In this document: positions 1-12,600 of the stretch, in pieces
How the letters are laid out: every line of letters begins with the position of its first letter
How positions within the stretch are numbered: the stretch's first letter is position 1
NCBI RefSeq assembly: GCF_040938485.1
Contig: NW_027271164.1
Coordinates: 124,001 to 188,000, forward strand
DNA from: Diadema antillarum
Lineage: Eukaryota
DNA length: 64,000 nucleotides
Direction: 5' to 3'
Program-made: the position numbers and the translations under genes
Notes under the pieces: generated by a model
Databases searched by the model: none
What the model was told of the DNA's origin: nothing
The model's input: the letters and a program-made list of their open reading frames with translations, nothing else

Positions 1-178
1 GTCTTGAGCAGGCAGTTTGTTACATACAATCTCATATTAACCTTTGCTGCAAGAGAGATCAACGAAAGAAAATGGAATCTAATTCATCAAATCCTTCAGA
101 TCAAATTGAAAAATCCTTGAGTCTGTGAGTATGCCAATATAACATGGTATGTTTGTGCTTCTGATCTATATTCTGCAG

Positions 179-435
179 AACCCTTGTTAATACCTTTGCC
201 AGACACTGCCAATGGGATCAGCAAATCCCGGCCCATTTCGACCACATCACCTGATACCATGCACACATATGACAACGCACCCAGGGGTAAGCTTCGCCCC
301 TTGGCTAACCACACCCAGCCGATGGCCACCACACCATCCGCCAGTCTTTCGGGGTCGTTACCGAATGGTCCTCAAATAGAGGAAGATGAGTTTGTGGAGA
401 TCAGTAAACGTGCTAAAGTGTCAGTCAAAGCATGA
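179..435 (+). CDS. Probable terminal coding exon of an unidentified gene entering from upstream
   Basis: Acceptor ...atctatattctgcAG at 177-178, then an open frame (phase 1) PLLIPLPDTANG...EEDEFVEISKRAKVSVKA* ending TGA at 433-435. It is followed by a long T-rich UTR-like tract. No recognisable domain. Confidence 0.4.
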
Positions 436-1416
436 GAGCGATGTTTCCTCCTTCGAGGGACAAGGAATGACTCGTGATGTTATCTTTTTTAGACATCTGA
501 GGCTGGGACAAAACATTGAAGACGGCTCTTTCAAAATAGCACTTGATTGAAGAGACAAAGAATAGTCATGAGATCTAGAGTTGATATTTTGTAGCTACAA
601 AGTCAAATGGACTTTGATAATTCAGAGAAGTTACTGATGTGGAGTCAAGGGATCAAGGGTCACAAATGCATCGACGCTGCACTCCACAGGAAAGCTGTTA
701 GGCAGATGGATGTAGAAGTAGAATGAATCTGCCAGCTCGGCTTCTCGGAGGATCATGCCCGACACAAGCCCCCACTCTTTGTTGGCAAGTTGGTGAACAC
801 CCTTGTCTCATGTTGCAGAATTTGTAGGGAGCAGAGCAGATCGAACAACAATTCTGCATATCTGATTGCCAGCACTCGGTTCACTGTTTGTGGCATGATT
901 CGGCCGGCGTAAGGATACACCAGTCCCATCATGGGTTAGCATTGGTTACTAAAATCATGCAAGTTGTATGTAATCAAGGCATTGATGATGCGCATCCTTC
1001 ACAGCATCGTACCTCGGGTCATGTGTTAAATTTCACATGAAAAGTTTACATAGACCTATTTGGATCTGGTGACGTAGGTTGAAGAATTTATTTTCGTACA
1101 GACCAGTGATGCTATAGGTTTGGATGGTTGATGCTTGAAATTTTTCTTCCATGCATCTATCATCTATTCTCCATCATTGTAGAGCTAGTTAAGTGAGTAT
1201 TTCTTTCATTTAAAAAGGAAAAAAAAAATGCCTGTATGATTTCTTTCATTTACTGCCATTCCAGGAGTGGAATTTAACACATTCCAACAAAGGTCTTCTT
1301 TCTGTTCACAAGTTTACACTTTTAGCAATCTGAAGTTTTGTTAGTTAGAAATAAAGTGACTGCAATTCTGTAGTTTGTAGGAGCTAGCCTGAAATTTGAT
1401 CATGTTCAAATTGTTA

Positions 1417-1648
1417 CTGCTGCAAAAGCTGTTGTTTTTGCGTGCAGATATTTTCGCGAATGAGGAGGTGACCGACATTTTCACAAGATGTCGGTTTCAC
1501 GATTTGACACCGTGACTATCGTAAGTGAACTAATGCCTGTCCATAGATTTAATGCGATCAAGATCAAGTGGTGATATTTTCGTGTGACCTAATAGTGACT
1601 GCGAAATTTGTGAAAATTGAGCCCTCGTGAAAGTAACAGCTTTTACAG
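1417..1648. mobile_element. TA-flanked MITE (CTGTAAAA...TTTTACAG family, probably Tc1/mariner-type)
   Basis: Left TA|CTG(CTG)CAAAAGCTGTT and right AACAGCTTTTACAG|TA form inverted ends. Related copies lie at 9748-9956 and 40891-41095. Confidence 0.6.
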
Positions 1649-2405
1649 TAGCTTTCTAGCTATAAATACCCACATCATTAGAGTGGAGAAGTAGAAGGTA
1701 TTAAACTTTATTGACTCTAGAGAGATAGAGCTCATTACAGGAGAAAATGAGTCACACAAAATGCTTCTTCAGTTTTTCTCTGTTATTAAGAGTTGACTGT
1801 AAGTGGCACAATAGAAGAGGCTTTAATAATCCTTTTTTTTTCAATAGTGCACCAAAGTGATACAGAAACTCACTTAGGCTTTAACTGCATCAATTATACT
1901 TGACAGCTTTGAGATTTCTTATGGTAAACTTTTGACGACACAAGTCTACACAAAACAAATTGATAATAAATATGCAGTGATCGACTTTGAGCATTCATGC
2001 AAACCATTATAGGGATCACCATGATCTACCCATACATCATTATATCCGTCTTCCATACTTGCTTTACTTTGCAATACAAGTACCTCAGCATTCTAGAGTT
2101 TGTCACATGTGGTGTACAGCTTACACATTTTCATATGAATGGGACTGAGTGTGCCATCTGTAGTTTTTCTGACCTGTCAACTGGCTTTCTAGTGCAGAAT
2201 TTCACTCAATCACATGAGGTGAAGGCAGGACTGGAGATAAACATAATAATCATGCAGATATGGAATTTGTATGAGCAAGGCTCTGTGTTTGTTGTCTGAA
2301 GAGTTTGCCAAGGACCAAGACAAAAGAAATAGGATCACATAAACTATAAAACAGAGAGGAAATTCATGAAAGTAAATGCTGTGAGGTATCTAGACTGCCC
2401 TTTAA

Positions 2406-2490
2406 CCCGTTGAAGATGGACTGATTTTGATATAGCATGCATTTCCCATAGACACCTGCCTGAGTATACTCGGGACTCTTCCTCAGCGGG
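2406..2490. mobile_element. 85-bp piggyBac-type mini-MITE
   Basis: TTAA|CCCGTTGAAGA...TCCTCAGCGGG|TTAA. A homologous copy in the opposite orientation lies at 19178-19262. Confidence 0.6.
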
Positions 2491-4131
2491 TTAAGCAGTA
2501 TTGCAAATCACTTCAGTGGGTGTCTGTGTAATTTTCTTCCAGTTGTAAAGGTGCACAAGTCTTGGTACGACATGAGGGAAGCTCCGTGAAATAACTAGAA
2601 ATATGTTCAACCAAAGTGTTGTCCAGCGATTACTGATGTCACTCTTTTAATACCTATGACTAGTTGACAATGGAATGATGTCCAAGCAAATTCCATGAGA
2701 GAAAAAGAAATAATTGAAGAGTCAAAGTTGATAGTGGAAGTTGAGAAAGCTACATTTTTTATATATAAATTATTGATAACATGGTGGCAATGTTCGTAGA
2801 CTTTAGTGTAGTGTTATCAAGCAGGGTTGGCCTACATGTTAAGCTTTATTTCATGTATCAAATATGATGGAAGCTCTCTATCCAAATAACTCTTCTGCAG
2901 TCAGTGTTCATGCTATCTTCTTTCTTGTTTTCTTCATCAGCCTGTATACTTGCCAAGCCACTCCCTATTGTCTATGCCTGCCATATTAATACCTGATCAC
3001 TCTGCTGGTCTAACAGAAGTATGGCATTCACTTTATTTATGCATTTATGTCAGCTTATTGAATGATGAAGTGGCATTTATGAGCTGAAGGTAATTATGGA
3101 AGAGAAGGAGCATGAGATGTAGATGTTAGAGGTCGTCGCATCTGTAGTCACATTGTAGTGGCTGATGACATGATTTTTTTAATATGTAATTGCAAATGTA
3201 TGTAAATACAGGTTTAAAAAATGAAACAGCTGTATGTATGATAATTACTTTTATGTTTTTTTTAATTTACCAAAAATGATATATGTATATATCCATCAAT
3301 TATTGCAATCATGAAAAAGTGAATGTAGATATTGAATGTAGAAGGGTATTTCTGTATATTGTCATGTATATGTATTTTATATACCCTCTAGCACATAAAG
3401 TGTTTTGTGACCATGTACACAACTCATGTAACTAGCAGAAATGCATGACCTCAAGAGCAATTATGTAAATGGCTTAAAATGCCCTCTCCTTTTTGTATTA
3501 ATTTACAGTTTTTGAATGCTTTGATTATGCAATATGGATATAGTACGCTTCCAATATAATTCATTCATTTGAAAATCTGTGTCAACAATTTTATTTGCAG
3601 GCTCTGTTTCTTCCACTTTGCTTTTATTTTGTCTCTGAATGATGGTAAACATTCGAATTTCTATTTTGTCGTGATCACCTTTTTTTTTTTTTGTCCGGTG
3701 GGGGGGCGGGGGGGATCTTAATGTCTCAAATAGCTGTGTTTAATAGATCCAAAAGATTCCTTTTAAGAACAGAACAAACAATTGTGCATGTTATCATACT
3801 TGTCCTCTGCTCTATTCAGACCTCTCAACCTTTCTGACTGAAAAACATAGGGATGATTTGGCTCAAAAGTAGGAAAGAAAGAGCAGTTCCCATAGGAGTG
3901 TGTAGTAAACATACTAAGAAAAATAGGAAACTTTTATTGAAACAAGAATTGGGAAATGTAAAAAATTCACATTCTTTCTTCCAAATTGAGAATAGTTGGG
4001 AGGTCTGTATATTGTGATGTCATCCCCCATACAACCTCAAAATTCCCAAAATGTGCAGGACAAATAGTCAGGTCCAGAGTGAACCAAGCTAGTGGGAGCA
4101 GACTCAGAGAGTTTGTGATTGTTTGAAACAT

Positions 4132-4299
4132 GGGCCCTGTTGCATAAAACCCTTACCGCAGGACTTACCGCTCCCTTCTAGCTGTAAGTCTTCAAATTAG
4201 CGGTAAATTGTATAATCCTTGATGCTGATTGGCTGTGATGCCAAATTTTGACGGTAGTTACCATTGAAATTCAATGGTAGGGTTTTATGCAACGGGCCC
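4132..4299. mobile_element. MITE with GGGCCC termini (PIF/Harbinger-like)
   Basis: TIRs GGGCCCTGTTGCATAAAAC / GTTTTATGCAACGGGCCC. No clean target-site duplication, so the superfamily is tentative. Confidence 0.5.
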
Positions 4300-6100
4300 A
4301 TGGTTTGTAGTTTGCGCTGGGTGAGCCCAACTGTGTAACACCGTAAAATGCATGAAGGTAGTGTGTAGCAGTACTTGACATGGTATGAGAAGTCATTTCA
4401 GGAAGACGTCACTGATTCTTGCATTCAAATTGCCTGTGTCTGTCTGATATTTCACTTGGTACAAATAATTACATCAATACCTCTTCCACCTATGCAGGCT
4501 TAGCATCCAAAGGAATAGAAATAATGAAAGAGGCACTATATATTTACTTTTTATTCTTCTGTCATTTGGTTATCTGAAATACTACACGAGATATCAATAC
4601 ACTGGTTGGAAAACTTTGATGTACATGTGCCTTGATCAGACCTGAATTTGCTAAATTTGATACTTCTTCACTTCATTCTACTCTTTTCGCCTAGAGCAAC
4701 AGTAAAGTTATATGGTAATTTGACGTGATTTTGTAAGATTACAGGGTACTGAGTATTCCATTTATTTTTCTTGTTTGTTTTTTTCAGTATGAGATATGTT
4801 TTCTGAACAAGTCATAAATTAGTTTAACTTAATTTGTGTGTTGTGTTTTTTTTTTAAATTCATATTCTGCAACATGAAGAGTAGATCAAGCTCTCCCAAT
4901 AGACAGAATCTCCCGTTACATTGCATTAATTCAGTACATTTTGTACCATTTATGGATTTTTCACCATATGGAATATCACACTTGTGATTAGGGCAAATAA
5001 ATTTATTGTACTATTGATATATTATTGTTGAGAAAAAGAATTTGAGATACATAAACCATAAAGGAAACACTGAAATCAGGGATTAGGAATATGCGAAAGA
5101 ACGGTTAAACCCTTGCCAGTTTTGTGTAAATACAAGTACTTTAATATGCCATGTTGAAAATGCATCAAAAGATGAAAAAGGGTGTGAACTCTTTTGCCAC
5201 CCTTCTATCCCGTCATGGACATTTTAGAGATTAAAGCAGAAAATCCGTCCCCAGCCACCTTTCTAGCTTATGTAAAGTCAAAGTGAGTGAAATGGATAAT
5301 GTTGCTACCTTACTCTGTGTGCAATGTGTTGATATCATCTCATGTATCAGTTTCCACCAATTATTTTTTGTTTGTAGAATGGCCCAATGTAACCATCATG
5401 TACATAGATCAGTCAAATTGTCCTTGCTCATCAAAATCTGGGTGTGAATGATGTATTGTGCAGAAAAGTGCTCTGGTATTATGGAGGCTAAATCTGTGTG
5501 TAATAAATGACTTGATCTCCTTACCTGTGTAACTCGCAATAGATCTTGAATTCTTTAACATCGATAGATTATGGTTTCTTCTCTGAAAATGTTTCTTGCC
5601 ATGATTTATGTGCTTTTGAATTTTGAGTATGAAATTGTCAATAGAGTCAAATTATAAGACAAAGTAGACTGCCATTGGTTCTTCTTTAGTGACTTCATAA
5701 AGTAAAACGAGCGACTACTTGACAGCAAACTGAATATTCAAAAAGATAAATATGTAATTTGTAACCTTGACTTCCGACTTCCTACGGATAATTTTCTTTT
5801 TAGTACAGGCTGTATCTGTGCTACAAATATTGGCCATTGTTTTGCTTAATTTCCCCTGCCCTCAAGGAAAGAGGGCAACAGCTCTATGAAAAAGCATCGT
5901 TTGCAAAGTAACGAAATCCAAACTTTTTATGTACAGTGTGTATAAATTCCTTGACATGTAATAAAAATGTCAGTATTCCAAAGGATGTCCAGTGTGCTCC
6001 TGTATGCTTTTGTACACACGCATACACACACACACACAAATATATATATATATACAGTGTATATACATGTAATGTATTATATATTATATATTATATATGA

Positions 6101-6537
6101 CATGGCTCGACACTAACTTTTATGTTTGAAGGCCAGATGGGGCCACCAAAATCCAGAATTTCAAATTTTTGGTGGCCCGAGAGAAAAATTTGGTGTCCCA
6201 TAAAAAACCAATAAAAAACATTAAAAGTCCTTTTTTTTAAATGAGTCAAATATTAAAGTTTTATGATAGTAAGAGTTAGAAGTTGGACATATCTACTCAT
6301 AAATAAACTTCAACAAACTTGCAACACTCACTCTCAGGCACTCATTCAGTCCTTTTCATCCATCCTTTTAACAAATTTAACTGCTAATTTCCGGCGCAAA
6401 AAAGTTACGAATTTATTGACATACTTTTCAAAAAATTTTGGTGGCCCGAGGCGGGCCACCAAATTTGCCCTTTTGGGAAATTTGGTAGCCCGACTTTCAT
6501 TTTTGGTGGCCCTGGGCCACCGGGCCGTCGAGCCCTG
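6101..6537. mobile_element. hAT-like MITE
   Basis: Ends CATGGCTCGAC / GTCGAGCCCTG, many subterminal TGGTGGCCC/GGGCCACCA motifs, and a flanking direct repeat TATATGA (6094-6100, 6538-6544). Confidence 0.6.
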
Positions 6538-9500
6538 TATATGATATACATGTATATTTTATATATATATATATATACATTGTATATATATATATATGCT
6601 TATAGTACTACAATATAGAGACACTAGACACTACGGAGAGACCAATTTGTGTTTAAATGTTTTAAACTACTGTACATAATATCCCATTCATACCATGCTT
6701 TACTGCTGACAACGCTCATATACATTTTTCCGTAGTACACGTGTACACTGTCTCCCACATTGTCTCCTGACCTGTATTACATTGTATCATCTTCAATTTT
6801 GTTTTCTGTCATTCTAACAGTACTCTACTTTTTCTCATCTCCCTCCCTCTCTCTCTCGCCCTGTCTCAGTAAACAAAAGATTGCTAGGTGCAAACACTCC
6901 ACTTCACTCGAGGTAGATTGGTTTCATGTACATTCATTTGTATTTCATTACACTGTCAAGGTACGGTACATCGTATTCTGTACAAATGATGTGATGCATC
7001 TTTGCCAGGAAAATATACATGGGGTGCAAAATGAACAAGCAGAGAATTCAGAGTATTGGAAGTACAAGTAAAAAGAAAGAGTTACATAATACCTGGTACA
7101 AATGTACATGACACATGAGTCTGGAGTTGATACTGGGCTGTAACTCATTAATGGAATTAGTCCTATCTTGCCAGATCTTATTAATACATTATACTGTAAC
7201 TTCTTCATTTACCAATCATTCTGCTCATGTAGTTCAGTGGCAACACTGAAGAGGTTACCCTAGATAAAGAAGACATTATTATCATTATTATTATCAGGAG
7301 AGGGGGAGGGGTGCAAATTGTCCTTTTACTGCTAGAATTGATTAATTTGGGGGCTTCATTTGACTGGCTCCAGCTCTGGAGAGGTTCAAGAAAACGGCTC
7401 CAATCTGAAAGGAACTGGCCTTAGATAAAAGCTTCCCCATGTACTCATGACTGTTGTGCCAAGTCAAATCATCTTGTAATGGTGACGAAAAATGACCACA
7501 TATCAATTACTGTGTACGATAAATTGTCATTACAGACACGTCCTTCAAAATATGTGAAATACAATATGTTAGGTGCCTCTGTCGTGCATCCATAATTCAA
7601 CAATCAAAGTTTGGTTCTAAAGAGATCTTGTTTTGCCCTTTCAGCGTGAGATGCGTGACGTGAAAAGCTACATGTCTTCTCTTTGGCTATGGAGCCAAAA
7701 AAGTGATGCTTGAAGGTTGTTTACTTTTTTTTTTTTCTCAGTAGTTTGAACAACATTTGATCAGGCTTAAGACTCATTTGCACAGGAGTGCTCCCCTAAC
7801 TTTAACATTTTAAAAGTGAGCACTGATAATCCAATTTCTTATAAGATTTTTGCCATCTAGTAGTTATGGTGCACTTGGTTTGTACAGAAAACAAGAAACG
7901 AAGTCTCAATTTATGACTGTTTACTACAAGACATGGACCTTCTTTCCATTAAAAGGCAAGACATTTGAATCAGAAGCAAATGTATCAAAAGAACAGGCAA
8001 TTTTGTGTCATAATAGGTAGATGTTTGTACATGTACATGTAATTCTAGTAGAGCTGCAATTAGATGAACTCCATGTAAGAACAATCTCCTGGTTAGGCAG
8101 TTGGGTTGATGCAAAAAAAAAAAAAAAAATTGCAATTCCCAATAAGGAAAATGCAGCTGGTTTAGGCACTACAATTGTCATATCACAGATAGCTGTACAC
8201 ATACTAATCTTTTACAAAGCCTTTGCTGGGCTACTATTTGACATGAAGTCAGTTTGTTGAAAAATGCTGACATGTCATGATATCGGAAACAACATCTAAC
8301 AATGGCTGATGTTTTGACAAGTTGATACTCCACAAGAAATATATCGTGCAGAGTTGCTCATTTTGAGGCCAAATGGCAACACACTTGCTTTTCAGAACCT
8401 TACCTGTCACAAGACATTTCAGTAATCAAGACAGTTTTCTAGCGAATTTGCTCCAAATAAATTCAATTTGTATCGTTTATTCTGTGCCAATCACACAAGC
8501 CTCCTGCACAAAGAATTCTGAATGCTTTGTGTACAGTCTTGTCACTTAGGAATACAGCGAATACATTCCCACACAGCAAAGATAGCAATATTACAAAGTA
8601 TTACAATGACAATGCAATTTCCATCTCATAATATCGTCAAATTTTCAGATTTTTCAACTTTTTTAAAATATTGTAAAAATAGTCCTAAGGTTTATAGGGT
8701 GTTTGTGAGAACAGTTCACTATATCATTCCCATATATTTACTCTGAATAGCCTACATAAACATTCTAAAGTCTCTGTGCTTTCTGCAAAAAACCCACTTA
8801 CAGCTGAAATCCTGTCACTACCAAATCACAGTGATTTTCCCCCTCAAATTCTGGAAGCGCATTTGGAGCCAAGCAACATGTACATTAACATCATTGCATT
8901 ATAAACATAAAGCACAATGTTCCTTCATGACAGCCCTCTACAATGTTTAAAACAGAAAAAAAAAAAATGCTCACTTGGCATCTTGAAGCAATCTGGTTAA
9001 ATCTCACAACACATTCTCCACACTATTGCAGTAAACAGTGTGCAAGTTCCTGATATGTTGAAACCCCATCAGGCATGGACTAACAAGACCTTTGATTTTG
9101 AAACAAAAAGTTAGAAACTTTATGGACCCCTCTACAGGGCATTGACATACTAACTATTCAAGATATGCCAGGTTTGTTTTAGAAAGAAATTTGTGATTAA
9201 CAAGAATCAGAGAGACACAATAAAATTTTGAACCCATCACTGAACATGGCAAAGAACACAATGTGAATATCACACAATCCCATTGCAACTCAATGCAATA
9301 TCTCCACTGGAAATTGAGCAAGTGGCAAATTCAATTCCATTCAATTCCAAATTGTCTGCAGCATAACTACTGAGTAGTCACTAGTCCGTTACTTGAGCTT
9401 TGGATACTTTTGGTAAGGTACTCACAAACTGTACTGACAGCAAGGGGAGGAAATGGCACAGAAAAATAAAGTTGGGAGCGTGAGAGACTTAGAGAGCTAG

Positions 9501-9635
9501 AGAGAAGTAGAGAAGCGATTGAGACTGAGATGATGTGGTTACGGATGACACAGATCTTTACAAAGCCAAGACGGTTAGTGGGCTCCAACAAACACAGTAT
9601 CCCATCATGGTCTGTGGGAGGCTGACTACCCTCCT

Positions 9636-12600
9636 TCAGTCTGAGTCGAGGTCCATGCAGTCGTCACTAAAGGCCTGGTCACCTTGATCGGTTTTAGCTC
9701 TGTGTGTGTAGAAGAATCAAACCCAAATATAGCACATGTCTGGCATACTGTAAAAGTTGATATTTTCGCGCGACTAATTTTTCGCCCTTGGCCGGGTGAG
9801 AAGAGTTTCGCGTGTTTTTAATTCCGCGGAATCAAGACATCACGCACAGGAACATATGGCAGGCAAAAATATTCACATGCTTTTATTTTCGCGCTAGTTT
9901 CTGATTGCGCGAAATGCGCGAAAATTTCAACACCGCGAAAATTTCCACTTTTACAGTAGATGACAGTCATTTTAGAAAATATGCCAACATCTGTCAAATT
10001 TTTGCGTAAATGTATAATAGACAAGGAAATATATGTTCACTAGAGCAAAATCACAAAGCCACTAGACTACAATTCATGTAGTTGTGAATTGAGCCTTAAG
10101 GAATGTTCTCAGGAAAGATGTGCCACTGTACGAGAGAATGAGGTTTGTCAGAATTTTGTTCAGACAATTTGAGGTTGATATCATTTCTGAAACCTGAAAA
10201 TGAGGAGTAACATACAAGCAATATCACCATCAGATCACTGGAATGGTAAACAGGATGGCATATTTGATGACTTAAAGCAATTCCAGATGCATTTTTTTTT
10301 GGGGGGGGGGGGGGAGGGGGGACAATTTGTTCATTTTGCTGAAATACAGCGCTCATGTTTTTACTACTTTCTATTACTTCTTACTTACAGGCTTCCTTCT
10401 CCTGAGATATCACATGCACACATGAAGAACAGCTCAACTTTCAGCCAACAAATATCAAGTACTAGGGACTGCTGAATTTCTCATTGCTTGATTTCCAAAA
10501 GAGCAAAATGTAATATACATGTATTGTGATCGAAAATGCACCTCAAGGCATGTTTACTTTAAGAGTGTAGCAACACCTAGACATATCACTGTCCCATTTC
10601 CATCACAGTTGCATTCATGGAAGACATATCATTGCAATATACAGTCAACCTCGCATACCTCAAATTAGTCGGGACTGAAAATGGTTGATAGTTTTAATTA
10701 GAATCAGTACTCTGCCTATTCATACACCTAGCTCTCAAGTTCATAGAAGTAGGGTGAGGTTGAAGAATTTTGTATCATAAATGTACAGTATTATGACAAA
10801 TAGTCATTGATCACTTGTCAGGCAAGAACTGAAATCAATGAAACCCAAAGGTTGAATTGTACGTTCAAACAACTTTGGTTATCTGCATATATACTTCATA
10901 GGTCTGTTGTTTCATGAATAACCACTTAAAATTACCACATGCGAAGCCATGCCTTACTTTAAGTATGAGACAATAATCATTGATCACTTATCAGGCAAGA
11001 ACTGAAATCAATGAAACCCAAAGGTTGAGTTATATGTTCAAACAACTTTGGGTATCTGCATACATTCTTAATAGGTCTGTTGTTTCACAAAGTCACCACT
11101 ACAAATTATCATACATATAGAGCCATGCCTTTCTTTTAAGTATGAGACAATAATCATTGATCACTTATCAGGCAAGAACTGAAATCAATGAAACCCAAAG
11201 GTTGAGTTGTACGTTCAAACAAGTTTTGGGGCATCTGTTCTTTCATGAAGTCACCACTAAAGCCATGCCTTACTTTAAGTATGAGACAGCAGATTGTACA
11301 ATGAAAACAAACTTTCAACTCTAACATTACAGATTTATATTTTTCTGTCGTATTTAATCGATATGTCAGTACACTGAAAGGTGTATAGTAATGGAAGGGA
11401 AGTCATAAAAAAGGTTGTTTGATTTTAAGAACAGAACAGGTTTTGCACGATCAGTACCTAGATAACTTCAGTAATAGGAATGAAACATTTAGAAGTTCGT
11501 CGGAAACATGCTTAACAGCGAAGTGTCACTGATGGTTTTTATAATTACTCATGAGATACAACTCATAATTCTCCACAAGCAATTGCAGCTCAGCTGGTGT
11601 TTGCTGAAAGATGTCAAACTGTCTGATCACGTTGAGAGCTTGACACACTTCACTGATCGAAGGTGGTGTGCGCACACAATCCTCCCCCTGTTGGCTACTG
11701 GTTTCACCATTACTGTTCTCGTCATCGCTCTCGCCGTCTTCTTTGACTCCTGTGATTTCAACAATCTGGTCATCCGTTAAGAGATTGACACCTGTGTCAG
11801 TTGCATCCACGTCTACATATTCGTCCATGGCAGGTAGCGGGAAGAGGTCGGCCAACCTCTCCCAGATGCCGCGAAATTGTTGTGCATCATCAACACCTCC
11901 CTCTTCACCGCGATCTCCATCTTCCTCTACTTGCTCACACAGAAGAGCAAGTCCCACATTCCTGTATACATGAGCTATTGTCTGTTGGGACACCCTGTTC
12001 CATGCCGTCTTCAAAGCGATGATAGCATCAAGAAGGTCCCATTTGAAGGGAACTCCCCCATCTGCCGCTGCAAGTCGTCTGAATGCCAGGATGTGCCGAT
12101 AGTGTTGTTTCAAATTTCTGATGACACCACCATCCACTGGCTGGGTCAAGCTGGTAGTATTTGGTGGCAGAAACACAAGTTTAATGTTCTCCAGCTTAAT
12201 ATGAGGATGAGCCGGACAGTTATTGATGACCATAGCAATCTTTCTCCCTTCCATTTTGCCATCAAGTTTCCTCAGCCATTCCTCAAACAATGCCCCTGTC
12301 ATCCAGGCCTTCTTGTTGGCTTTGTAGGCAACTGGCAGATTTTTCACGTTCTTAAATGCGGGTGGTCGCTTGCTCTTCCCGACGACAAAGAGGGGGAGTT
12401 TGTTGCTGCCATCCATATTAGCGCACACTAGAACAGTGACACGTGTATTCTGCTGTTTACCTCCATGGAAGGTAGTGCCAAGAAAACGGAGCGACTTCTC
12501 GGGTAACACTTGCCAAAATAAACCAGTTTCATCAGCAATGTAGATATCCTTCGGGTCATAACGCCTCAGAATATCTGTCAGCTTTCCATCTTTCCAGCCT

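Noticed and set aside
3-126. Open plus-strand frame LEQAVCYIQSHINLCCKRDQRKKMESN... with GTGAGT at 125
   Set aside because: Splicing to the acceptor at 178 needs a 54-nt intron and gives the wrong phase (stop after 3 codons). It cannot be evaluated without upstream sequence.
11877-12431. 184-aa plus-strand ORF and other short ORFs opposite the transposase
   Set aside because: Antisense shadows of the transposase with no motifs.
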